This document shows, in pieces, positions 31,367 to 41,356 of a stretch of DNA of 64,000 nt (its first letter is position 1; each line of letters opens with the position of its first letter). Under the pieces are notes generated by a model. The model had not been told where the DNA came from and did no database searches. It saw only the letters and a list, made by a program, of their open reading frames with translations. The DNA is from Candidatus Poribacteria bacterium (lineage in GTDB: Bacteria; Poribacteria; WGA-4E; PCPOR2b). The position numbers and the translations under genes were made by a program. The stretch lies in contig OZ244587.1 of the NCBI GenBank assembly GCA_965218095.1, positions 5,696,001 to 5,760,000 of the forward strand. Direction: 5' to 3'.

Positions 31367-33694
31367 CTATTTCAAGATGACCATCTTCTGCGTTGCATGG
31401 AAGGACGCTGTGGAGAGTGCGTAGAAATAGATTCCGCTGGCGACAGGTTCACCATACACATTCGTCCCATCCCAATAGGCTGCATCGGCGCGACTCAGAT
31501 AGCGTCCGGGGGCCAGGTATCCCAGGTCAAGCTGACGGACGAGAATCCCAGCGGTATCATAAATTTTAATAGTGACCTGACCGGCTGAGGCGAGGTGGAA
31601 GGGAATCCATGTCTCCGGGTTGAATGGATTGGGATAGTTTGGCAGCAACAGGTTATGGGCCGGAATCGATGGAAAAAGGAGACGACGCAAAACCTGTCTA
31701 GTACGGTTGAACGCGAGGGAATCCTCAGACATGGACAGGAGCTCGGAGTAAATCGCCTCAAGCTGCTTGCGTGTCGTTGGTGATATTGAGCGTAGAAATT
31801 CACTGGCGGATTCGGGAGCAGCGGCTGATGTTTCATCAATCTGATAGGATTCGCCAAAATGTGAACCAACCAGCACAAAATCACTGAGATTGACAACGCC
31901 ATCACCGTTGATATCCGGATAGATCTCCAAATCTGTTGGAATTGGTTGCTCAAAGTATCGCGCTACGATACTGAGATCAAAAATGTTCACAACTCCATCT
32001 CGGTTGGCATCCCACGGTCGGACAAGATTTTCGACAATCACTTTGAACCCGTGAATGTCACAATGGATCTGCTCCTGATTTGAATCAACAAGAATGAGAT
32101 TTTGTAATTGAATTTCGCTCGATCCGAGGGCTTTCGCCCGAAATGAGGCACCGAACAGGATACCGTTGCCGCTTACCCCACCGGCGCCGGTTTTGGCAGC
32201 GATGACGTTTTTGTATATCCCATTTTTCTGGTCTGGCGGCTCTGTCGGTTGCTGCCCGAATCCAGATTCTCCAAAGATATTTCGGAACTTGGTGACAGTC
32301 ACAAATGTAAGTACATCAGGGTCTGTCCATCGGAGATCGAACTGAAACCCTCTCAAGTCGATGACGGACTCGATGGAAACATCGACGGTAAACTCCTCTC
32401 CTAAGTTGACCCGTCGAATCGGCGGTACTATCCTGACCACGCAACTTGGGACTCGGAAAGTCCCGACTTCAGACCACTCACTGACCCCACCGAAGCTGCC
32501 GGTACGAACACGCCACCAATAGCTGGGGACATTGTTCTCAGCCTCGAAGGAGGTTGAGTTAACGGTGACAGCGAACCGCGTATTTGATGCGGTAAAATCC
32601 GAATCGCTAGAAATTTCGACATCATAGTAGACTGAACTTTCAACGGCTTCCCATCTCAAGGTGACTTGCGGGGCTTCGACGAGCAGTCCCCCTTGTGGCT
32701 CAAGGAGCGCCGGCTTTGGATGGCTCGAATCCCAGACAGTAATCGTTCCGGCAGCCGCCCCTACGACTGCGAGTTGGGGGCGAGTCGGGCTGAAAGACAG
32801 ATCCTGTGCGATTTGCGTATCGAAAGATCGGAGTTCAGAATGGGTCGGGACATCCCACAATTTGAGGGTATTGTCAGTCGGTGAGTTCAGCAGACCAACG
32901 GCGAGGGTTCGCCCATCAGGATTAAAGCGAACTGACAAAACCTGACGGTCATAGGTCGCAAACGGCTCCGTCTCCCCGATAGCGTCGGCGGGTTCTGCTG
33001 GATGGATGTTCCAGAGTCGGACAGTTCCATCCCTTGCTCCCGACGTGATTACGTTGCCATCGGGATGGAACGCAACAGACAGAACCCCTTGTGTATGTCC
33101 AACCAAGCTATGGAGGTGCGAGCTGTCTGAGGCGTCCCAAAGGCGAACGGTGCCGTCTTCTGATCCGGAGGCGACCATGCTGCCATCTGGACTGAATGCA
33201 ACCGACCAGACAACGTCTATATGCTCTTCAAAGGTGGCCAGAAGTTCACCGGCGTCGGCCTCCCATAGCTTGAGCGTCCGATCTCGCGCGCCAGAAACAA
33301 TGCGTCTTCCATCGGGACTAAAATCGACAGACGTGACCTGCCCAACGTGCCCCTCGAACACACGGATTTCTCGTTCCTCCGGCACGTCCCACAAACGAAC
33401 TGTCCCATCAACAGACGCCGATGCCAGATCGCCGTTAAGACGAAAAGCGAGGTCTTTGATTTTTCCTTTGTGCCCGGTGAGGGTGTAAATCGGTTCATTG
33501 GCACCGGCATCCCAGATGAGAATTTCATTTGCACCACCGGAGGCGAGCCACCTCCCATCAAGGCTGAACGCAACCGCAAGTACGCGTCCGGTATGTCCAA
33601 ACAAAAATTGGTGAGGGAGTTCAGCGTAACTGTTTGCGCATAAGACAACAACGATAAAGATTGGAAATAGTGCAATCAGGCGTTTCATGACCAT
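31367..33694 (-). CDS. Secreted WD40 propeller + Ig/FN3-like + cohesin + dockerin + T9SS/FlgD-like CTD protein
   Basis: Signal peptide; GH..V.SV.FSPDG...DGTVRLWD repeats; DANRDGVVNIFDL and DINGDGVVNLSD; PNYPNPFNPETWIP...SGIYFY...KMVILK. Confidence 0.88.
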   Translation of the reverse strand: MVMKRLIALFPIFIVVVLCANSYAELPHQFLFGHTGRVLAVAFSLDGRWLASGGANEILIWDAGANEPIYTLTGHKGKIKDLAFRLNGDLASASVDGTVRLWDVPEEREIRVFEGHVGQVTSVDFSPDGRRIVSGARDRTLKLWEADAGELLATFEEHIDVVWSVAFSPDGSMVASGSEDGTVRLWDASDSSHLHSLVGHTQGVLSVAFHPDGNVITSGARDGTVRLWNIHPAEPADAIGETEPFATYDRQVLSVRFNPDGRTLAVGLLNSPTDNTLKLWDVPTHSELRSFDTQIAQDLSFSPTRPQLAVVGAAAGTITVWDSSHPKPALLEPQGGLLVEAPQVTLRWEAVESSVYYDVEISSDSDFTASNTRFAVTVNSTSFEAENNVPSYWWRVRTGSFGGVSEWSEVGTFRVPSCVVRIVPPIRRVNLGEEFTVDVSIESVIDLRGFQFDLRWTDPDVLTFVTVTKFRNIFGESGFGQQPTEPPDQKNGIYKNVIAAKTGAGGVSGNGILFGASFRAKALGSSEIQLQNLILVDSNQEQIHCDIHGFKVIVENLVRPWDANRDGVVNIFDLSIVARYFEQPIPTDLEIYPDINGDGVVNLSDFVLVGSHFGESYQIDETSAAAPESASEFLRSISPTTRKQLEAIYSELLSMSEDSLAFNRTRQVLRRLLFPSIPAHNLLLPNYPNPFNPETWIPFHLASAGQVTIKIYDTAGILVRQLDLGYLAPGRYLSRADAAYWDGTNVYGEPVASGIYFYALSTASFHATQKMVILK

Positions 33695-34183
33695 CCCCCG
33701 GAAACGTAAAACGTGAAAACTCGGATTTTAAGGAATGCACAATTTATGCCAATACAAACTGTCAACCGTAAAATGTGTCAATGAGTAAATGCCGGCAGAT
33801 TACCGCGTGATGCGAAAAGCGTGGCACATTAACGATGTCGTCTTCCTCTGTAATGTCTGGATTGGTGTGAAATTCGTCCGTCAGCACGTTCAGCAGACCG
33901 ATAAGGGCCGACTTTGCCCGTAATCTTGCCACCGGCGATGATCGGGACGGCATGTCCTTCGGCAAGACCGATACGATGGCTGTAAAAGAGGAGCAATAGG
34001 GGAGATCGGCGAAAACTAGCACGTGGGATACCGAAATCAAACAACCCTGCTCCTTCTAACTGAAGAACCGTGCGCTCGGAAACGCAGCACGCACGGTTCG
34101 GACAGGGGGCAAGGGAGAAGCAATCCGCTTGCGCCACCCTACAACTCTGGACTTAAATCCGTAATCGAGGCCGTTTGAGACAC

Positions 34184-35101
34184 CTAGACAACGAGCCCAC
34201 TGAATAATCTCGGATAATCGCCCACCTTCTGCCAACTCGTCCCCCGGTCATGAGTTTCATATAAAGCAGTGTTGTCCACAATTACCAGCGCATGCGCCTC
34301 ATTGACGATGATAATTTGAAAAGTGTCGATGTTCTCGCCGATGTGTTCCGGGAGGCCGCTCACCAACGCCCAGTTTTTTCCGGCATCTTCGCTCCGGTAA
34401 AGCAGGGCATCTACACCGCTGTGCGGACCGCGTGATGTAGAAACCAGATAGGTATCGCGTTCAGGGAAACAGGCACACGCCCGTTGATAATAGTAGGGCA
34501 TCCCATCTCGCTGGTGGGTAAATGTTTCGCCGCGGTCTCGACTGAGATAAAACCCCCTGGCGGTGGCAGCGAAAACAATCCTAGGATCGGATGGATGCGC
34601 GGCGACCTGATGCACATCCATCTCCAACCTCTCCTGAAGATTTTGCCAGGTCTTCCCGTTGTCCCGCGAACGGACAATCCAGCCGACATGAATGTTCGCG
34701 TAGATTGTTCCATCCGTGGAGACCGCCAAAGAACGTACATCCGGAGGACCGCCCCAGGGCGTTTTCCAGAGATTGCGTTCCGGCACCGCGTCAAAACTGT
34801 CGATGAAGTTTAGCTCCCCATCGGCGACACACGCCAGACGGGCACATTCAGTACCCACCAGCAGTCGCTCATTGGGCGTACAGCAGATGCAGTTCAGTGT
34901 GACGTCCGTTGAGACTGCTTGATTCCACGTCCCCCCTGCAAACGTCCACACATCGTGGTTGTTGGTGATGACGGCTAACCTGTCCTGACCCGCATCTCCT
35001 GCGATGACCGACGTGGGGTGAAATGGAACATCGTGGATTGGCTCGCTACTGAGGTCTAAGATGCCTTTTTCTGAGAGTAGCCAAACTGTCTCTTGACTCA
35101 T
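34184..35101 (-). CDS. BNR/Asp-box beta-propeller protein
   Basis: SRDNGKTW, SRDRGETF, SEDAGKNW, THDRGTSW Asp-boxes; WKTPWGGPPDVRS. Confidence 0.8.
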   Translation of the reverse strand: MSQETVWLLSEKGILDLSSEPIHDVPFHPTSVIAGDAGQDRLAVITNNHDVWTFAGGTWNQAVSTDVTLNCICCTPNERLLVGTECARLACVADGELNFIDSFDAVPERNLWKTPWGGPPDVRSLAVSTDGTIYANIHVGWIVRSRDNGKTWQNLQERLEMDVHQVAAHPSDPRIVFAATARGFYLSRDRGETFTHQRDGMPYYYQRACACFPERDTYLVSTSRGPHSGVDALLYRSEDAGKNWALVSGLPEHIGENIDTFQIIIVNEAHALVIVDNTALYETHDRGTSWQKVGDYPRLFSGLVV

Positions 35102-35320
35102 GGGAAACGCTCCTTTCTTGAAAGTGCTCTGTTAATTTTAGAACACGGATCTCCAAGATTAGCAGATTACATAGATATTGTAACCCCATCGGATCAGAAT
35201 GACAACAACTTTTACGCATCTCGTTTTTTTTCTTGACCCAGATTCGTATATGCGTATAATCAAAGCCACACAGAAAAGTATCGTCCAAAACCATATTCAT
35301 CAAGTGGGGAGGAAATGCCA

Positions 35321-35978
35321 GTGAAGATCACCTGTGTAGAGCCTATTAGTCATCAGACATCCGGTCGGACCATCGGAAAAAAGCATCACCCGAGATTGGA
35401 CAAATGTGCTTGTCCACACCAACGACGGTTTGACCGGCATCGGTCGAGGGGGAAACGCCCAACCGATCTCTCGTGAACTCGCACCCGTCCTCATCGGCCA
35501 GGGCCCACGGCGGATCGCTCTGCTCTGGGAGCGGGTGTGGCGGCTTCTAGGTGGTTACAGGGACACCATCCCCGCCTATGCCGATGGCATCGGTCATCTG
35601 GACCAGTCTCCAGAGGAAGTCGCGGCAGAGGTGAAAGAGCACGCTGGCTTGGGCTTTGATGCCATCAAACTCCACTTTAACAGGGGCGAGCCCCAGGAGG
35701 TTCTGGATAAGGTGCATGGTTCCAGGGAAGTCCTGGGTCCCGATAAGAAGCTGATGATTGATGTGTCCCGAGCCTGGTCCGGTAAAGTTGCAGTGGAGAC
35801 CGTCCAACGGCTAGAGCCCTACAACCTGTATTGGATAGAGGAGCCGGTACGCCACGACGATGAGCCTTTCTACATGCGGATGGTACAGGAGGCAACCAGC
35901 GCCATGGTCGCTGGAGCGGAGGGCGAGGGAACCTTCTACGGGGTCAGGGGACTGATTAACGAGGGCGCCCTCCAACTA
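35321..35978 (+). pseudogene. Mandelate racemase/muconate lactonizing enzyme family, degraded and IS-truncated
   Basis: MKITCVEP start out of frame with VHTNDGLTGIG; VWRLLGG, GFDAIKL, LMID, WIEEP; the usual DIALWD segment is missing; ends at IS. Confidence 0.8.
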
Positions 35979-36813
35979 GGTTCTGTTGACATTTCAAGGG
36001 AGCCATATAAGAGTGGCGACAAAGCTGAGAAATCCAAAATAACGGACAGCTAGCTTCTCAAACCGAGAGAAGATACGACGATACCATTTTATCTTGTTGA
36101 TGAAACATTCAACCCGATGTCTCTCTTTGTAGATGCCTCTCTTTGTATAAGCGTTTGTCATACGTTCTTTGGTCAACACGATGACTTTTTGGCGGTATCA
36201 CCGCAATCGCTCCATTCGCCTCAATAACCGCGATAAAAGCGTCCGAATCGTACCCCTTGTCTCCAATCACATATTCACTGTTATATCCGATTATCAACCC
36301 TTCTGCCTCAGTTATGTCATGTCTCTCCGGGTGTCAGATGAATTCTTAGGGGATTGCCTAGTCCGTCAACTGTGATGTGATTTTTTGTACTGAAACCGCC
36401 CCGAGAGCGACCTAATGCTTGGTTTTCAGTGCCACCCTTTTTTTTAAGGCGCCAGCTTTTTAAGGCGCCCGCCGCACACGGGTGAGCGCGGCAGATGGTA
36501 CTGTCCACAATAAGCGACTCGATATCGGGGTCAGAGGCGAAGTGGGGGTGCATCTGTGTGAAGATACCTTTGTCGCACCATCGAGCAAACCGCTTGTAGC
36601 GGGTGTTCCATTTGCCATAGGTGTCTGGTAGAAGTCTCCATTGAGCCCCGCTACGAGTCACCCACAGGACGGCTTCGACGAAGCGGCGTGTAGCAGAGAT
36701 GGTGGGACAGCTTAGAAGAAACCGGTATATCTTATTCCATTGGTCATCAGGTAAGGTTATTGGCGTCATTCTTCTATTATGCCACAACCTTATACTCAAA
36801 TGTCAACAGAACC
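35979..36813 (-). mobile_element. IS5-family type B, copy 3 (defective)
   Basis: Carries both 16-bp duplications of copy 2 plus 15-bp and 2-bp deletions; 835 bp. Confidence 0.93.
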
Positions 36814-36815
36814 TA

Positions 36816-37688
36816 GTACAAACAAGACCACTTTCAATTCAAATCCCTGTCGCGTCACCGCATGGATACAACGCGGAAGCAGTCTCTCAATCAAACTTCC
36901 AGCCGTCTCAACAGACTTACGATAGTAATTAGCCAAATAGGTCTCCCATGGCGGATATGCTCGTTTTGAATGCTTCTTGCGTATTGGCTTCAATTCCACT
37001 TCAACTGCTGCAACAATATCTTCTATCTCATAGTTATTGTACGCTTTGTCGCCGTAGACCCGGCTGCCCGGTGGCAAGTCGAAGTCAAACCACTGTAAGC
37101 CTTCGACGTCTCCTGTGCTCGCTGGGGTCACAAAAAATTCAACGGGGTGTTGGGCGGCGGTCACCAGCAGATGAACCTTCAAGCCGTAGAAATACCGATG
37201 TTTGGACGCTTGATAGCCTCGAAATGCCTCATCTGTGTGGGTTTTTGACCGATGAATGCGAATATTGTCACAGTATCCAGCGCATACAACTTCTGTTGAT
37301 TGAGTTGCACAAAACTTTGTGCCAAGATTTTGAACAGTGTAATGAACATCGGTTTCATTCGATGAAGTCGTCGATTGAATCGACTCTTTGAGAGCATATT
37401 TGGTATATAGCCATGAGTTTGAAGAAAATCGCGAGCCGTTTGGAAGTTGGCATCGAAAAAGAGAGCAGCAACGACAGCGGTGGTCATAACTTCGGCGTCA
37501 GACATCTGAGTTTGTGGATTGAGTTTTGGGTTGAATGCTTCTAAGAGTGGGTTGAATGCTTCTAAGAGCTTGTCACACAGATAGAAAACGGTTACAATTT
37601 GGATGTCCATGGGTTTCTCCTTTGAGGTTATTGAGGTTATGGTTGAACACCTCAACTTTAACGGAAAACCCATGGATTTGCAATAGGT
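36816..37688 (-). mobile_element. IS982-family remnant, frameshifted and truncated
   Basis: ATG at 37610: MSDAEVMT, LSKSRFNRR, YFYGLKVHL, GDKAY, RKSVET, IHAVTRQGFELK; 21-bp tandem duplication 37527-37568. Confidence 0.85.
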
Positions 37689-37689
37689 A

Positions 37690-38473
37690 GGACGTGTTGA
37701 CATTTATGGCATAATAACGATATGTCAACACTTCCCTTATCCGATAATCAATGGTCAAAAATAGCAGCATTCCTGCAAACCTGTTCCGATGTCTACACCG
37801 GACAGCAAGCGAACTTAAAACGTTTTGTCCAAGCAGTGCTTTGGATAACTTGTAGTGGTAGTCAATGGCGACTCCTACCAAAAGAGTACGGCAGTTGGAA
37901 CAGCGTCTATAAACGATTCGCTCGCTGGTGCGATAAAGGCATCTTCCAACGGTTGCATCAACACTTTGTCAACGACCCAGATATGGTGACAGTACCATCA
38001 TCCACGCTCACCCCTGTGCTGCAGGGGCTTTGAAAACAAGTGGTGGTCAAGCCTCACAGGCACTCGGACGTAGTGCGGGTGGATTTTCAACCAAAATTCA
38101 CATCACGGTTGATGGCTTAGGCAATCCATTACGTTTTGCGCTGACGGCTGGACAACGCCACGCCATGACTTGTGCGGAAGGGTATAGCAGTGAGTATGTG
38201 ATAGCCGACTCAGCGTATGACGCGGATTCATTGGTGCAGTTGGTAACCCGTATGGGTGCAGAGCTAGTGATTCGTCCCCGTATCAACCGCCGTGAGTCAC
38301 GAGACTATGATACGCATCTGTACCGAGAGAGACATCGGGTGGAATGCTTCATCAACAAAATCAAGCACTATAGGTGTATCTTCAGTCGTTTTGATAAGTT
38401 GGCGGGTCGCTATTTGGGGTTTCTGAGTTTCGTTGCTGCGATTATCTGGTTACGATGAAATGTCAACAGAACC
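37690..38473 (+). mobile_element. IS5-family type A, copy 2
   Basis: Same 784-bp length and same frameshifting deletion as 5073-5856; TA flanks. Confidence 0.92.
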
Positions 38474-39579
38474 TACTCAGAGAAACGCTTTTTAATCTCG
38501 CCATCTTCAGAAAATTTGAGCGCCGTTCCCGCTTTGATTAGCTCGCCCTTAGGGGATTTCCAGTCCTTCGCTAAAGTTGCTCGACGGAGATGACCATTTT
38601 CAAAGTATTCCACCCGAGTACCCGCCTTCAACGAAAGACCATCGGGTGACTGCCAATCTCGATCGAGCATCAGGCTGACGACTTGCCCATTTTCAGTGTA
38701 GAAAATCGGCGTATTCGCTCTCGCCCAGGTCCCATCAGAAAACTCTCGGTCTTCAGGAAACACGGCGAACTTTGGATTGCCGTTTTCATAAGATTCCAGG
38801 ATGTGGGGTTTCCCATACTTTTTTAGCAAGACCTTAAAAACTTGGTCAGAGGGGAAAGCCTTTTCCTCGTCCCGATACTTTTCTAAGAGGGACATCCATG
38901 TTTCTGACGTCGCATTCGCTAAAGGGAAATCGGCATCAGATCGTTCAATGAAAGGAATTAAATCAGGATTTTCTTCCAAAATCTTTGACAGCCAATCGAA
39001 ACTTAATGGGGTTAAAACTAACGAGGTATCGTCCGGGTCAATTTGGACTTTATACACAACGTGAACTGGGCTCCAATGCAACATTGACCAGAACGTGAAC
39101 GTGGTATTTGCGAGAAGATTCGCATCGTTAGCTAGCGCGTCTTCATCGTTCCCGTCATCAAAAAGATCCGTATTAAAATTTGCCATGACGACGTCAGCGA
39201 AGAGTGCATCTTCTATCTGAAAAAAGTTGGTACGAGCTACAGAGACTTGCCTGTTTTCATCGAAGATTTTTATTCTGCTGTCCTCAAAAATCCACGGCTT
39301 TACACTCATTGGTGAAACGTCATCGTCAAGAATCATAAAAGCAAGCCATTCTCCTTCGAGTTGCAGAAGTTCAACGACGGCTTCTTCTGTGTAGAAGGGG
39401 TTTAACGACTGCACAGAACTATCAATGCAGCCTGCGAATATACTGGATAAAAAAACGAGTAGGCAAAGATATAGCTTTGCAGCAGAGGTTGCCGAATTCA
39501 CCGCAGAAACGAAGCGGATCGACCACACTGCCGAAGTAACTTGAAAGACTCGCCAACTCGTGTGGTTTTCTCTGTTCAT
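38473..39579 (-). CDS. Putative lipoprotein with C-terminal tandem repeats; stop codon formed at the IS junction
   Basis: IFAGC lipobox-like motif; repeated DWxSPxG..KAGT...ENG units; TAG uses the last IS base. Confidence 0.7.
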   Translation of the reverse strand: MNRENHTSWRVFQVTSAVWSIRFVSAVNSATSAAKLYLCLLVFLSSIFAGCIDSSVQSLNPFYTEEAVVELLQLEGEWLAFMILDDDVSPMSVKPWIFEDSRIKIFDENRQVSVARTNFFQIEDALFADVVMANFNTDLFDDGNDEDALANDANLLANTTFTFWSMLHWSPVHVVYKVQIDPDDTSLVLTPLSFDWLSKILEENPDLIPFIERSDADFPLANATSETWMSLLEKYRDEEKAFPSDQVFKVLLKKYGKPHILESYENGNPKFAVFPEDREFSDGTWARANTPIFYTENGQVVSLMLDRDWQSPDGLSLKAGTRVEYFENGHLRRATLAKDWKSPKGELIKAGTALKFSEDGEIKKRFSE

Positions 39580-39895
39580 AATCGATACTCCTCAGCCATC
39601 CTGATGAAATAGTTAGTTTCTCTCCATCGAGAGTTGGAAACGTTACCAGTAGTGTCGCACGGCGTAAGTTTCTCCTCGGTTCCGTACAATTCTCCAGTTG
39701 AAGGAATGTTTGGAGAATTCACCAAAAACCAAAGGATTTGCCAATGGATATTATCTCACAAGTGAACACAGCAATGCAAACAATATTGACAACTGTTGCC
39801 GATGCCGCCGCTCGTACGACTGGCTGTGGTGAAATAACACTCATGGCGGACGAGACAATCCACGAATAACAAAAAAGGAGAAGCCGAATGACAAC

Positions 39896-40498
39896 CGGAA
39901 ATCCTACGCAACGTCCACAATCACCGAGCATCAGGGAAAGAAGCAGCTAATCAGCCCCGCGGCCGAAGTCACAATCGCCTACGAGCCGAAAACGGGTGCG
40001 GAACTCTGGCACGTGCGCCATGAAGGCTGGGGGTGGAACGTGGCATGCCGTCCGATTTTTGAACACAATCTCGTCTATTTCACCACTAGCGTTGCCAAAC
40101 GACTGTTGGCCGTGCAGCCTTCAGAGACCGGTGATGTGACCGATACGCACATCGTCTGGAGGGTTTGCAAGGGGACGCCCGAAATATCATCGCCACTGAT
40201 TGTGGATGAACTCATATTCTTTACGAATGATGTCGGCGTGGTATCTTGTCTGGAGGCGGAGAGCGGGCGGGTGGTTTGGAAAGGACGGATCGGCGGGAAC
40301 CACTGGGCGTCTCCCCTGTATGCCGACGGAAAGATCTATTTTTTTAGCCAAAAGGGAAAGGTGCCGGTGATTTCAGCAACACAAATATTCAAATTGCTTA
40401 CCGAAAACAAGTTCGACGCAGGCTTCATCGCATCCCCGGCGGTTGCTGGCAATGCCATGATCCTGCGAACGCGCACTCACCTTTACTCCATCGAGTGA
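39896..40498 (+). pseudogene. PQQ-like (BamB-type) beta-propeller, C-terminal fragment
   Basis: RKSYAT...QLISPAA...AYEPKTGAELW, SSPLIV, WASPLYADGKIYF, ASPAV...RTRTHLYSIE; no N-terminus. Confidence 0.75.
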
Positions 40499-40718
40499 CT
40501 TGGAAGCGTTGGCTACCAAATTGAAGACGGCTGTAGCCAGCAGTAAAATGGCTAAAAAAGAAGTGTATGCCAAGTACGAAAAGGCGGCTACAGAGACGAG
40601 ATCACTCGCGCCGCTGAAACAACCGACTTCCTGATTACTAAGGAATATAGGCGTTTCGAGGAATTTTGTCATACCTGCTGTCGTGATCGCTATATTGGAA
40701 TCTGTTGAAAAAAACTGA

Positions 40719-40971
40719 GGTGTTCATTTTCTCCTTGATGATTTCACCGACCAAGAAGCGGTTGCTACAGTCATTCGTGTCACAGCAGGTAACTTCCGTC
40801 TACTACAGCGCTTGTTCAGTCAAATCAAACGCATTCTCAAACTCAATGACCTGACAGCCATTACCAAGGAAGTCGTCGAAGCCGCACGAGAGTGTCTGAT
40901 CATTGAAACAACCTAGAACGCCAAATAATTCTAAAAATATCGCGCTATTTATAACTTACTTAAAATTTACA
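40719..40971 (+). mobile_element. Remnant of a transposition AAA+ ATPase (TniB/Tn552-like) and candidate transposon end
   Basis: 40719-40916: DFTDQEAVATVIRVTAGNFRLLQRLFSQIKRILKLNDLTAITKEVVEAARECLII; AT-rich tail ending ...TTTACA. Confidence 0.6.
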
Positions 40972-41047
40972 GCAGACCAACAAAAAACCTCCCGATGACT
41001 TTGAGCCATGGGAGGTATACACTGTCCAGAAGACCATCAGCCGATTA

Positions 41048-41078
41048 GGTTCTGTTGACATTTGAGTGTAACAGAACC
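41048..41078. mobile_element. 31-bp mini-IS derived from type B
   Basis: TA-GGTTCTGTTGACATTTGAGTGTAACAGAACC-TA: full left IR plus outer 9 bp of the right IR. Confidence 0.85.
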
Positions 41079-41084
41079 TAAACT

Positions 41085-41285
41085 GTGTCAAAAAAAGTAA
41101 AACATCAAAGCATCGAAGCGATATGGCAATCAAAGGCTTATGGATATCCGCTTGCTGATGTCTGTGCGGCTCATGGTGTTTCTCGACAGACGTTTTACCA
41201 ATATCAGAAACATCAGGCCAACAAGCGGTTCAAACAAGAGATCGTGCTTCAGCTGGTTTCTCAAGTGCGTACACGACAACAGTGA
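41085..41285 (+). pseudogene. IS3-like transposase N-terminal remnant
   Basis: YPLADVCAAHGVSRQTFYQY...IVLQLVSQVR. Confidence 0.55.
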
Positions 41286-41356
41286 GATTGTTGGTGTAAC
41301 CACATGTTTCTTGTGAAATCACAGCTATCTACACTCGATGACTCAATAAAGTGGAG

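Noticed and set aside
33762-34137. Overlapping short minus-strand ORFs
   Set aside because: No recognisable motif or RBS in any frame.
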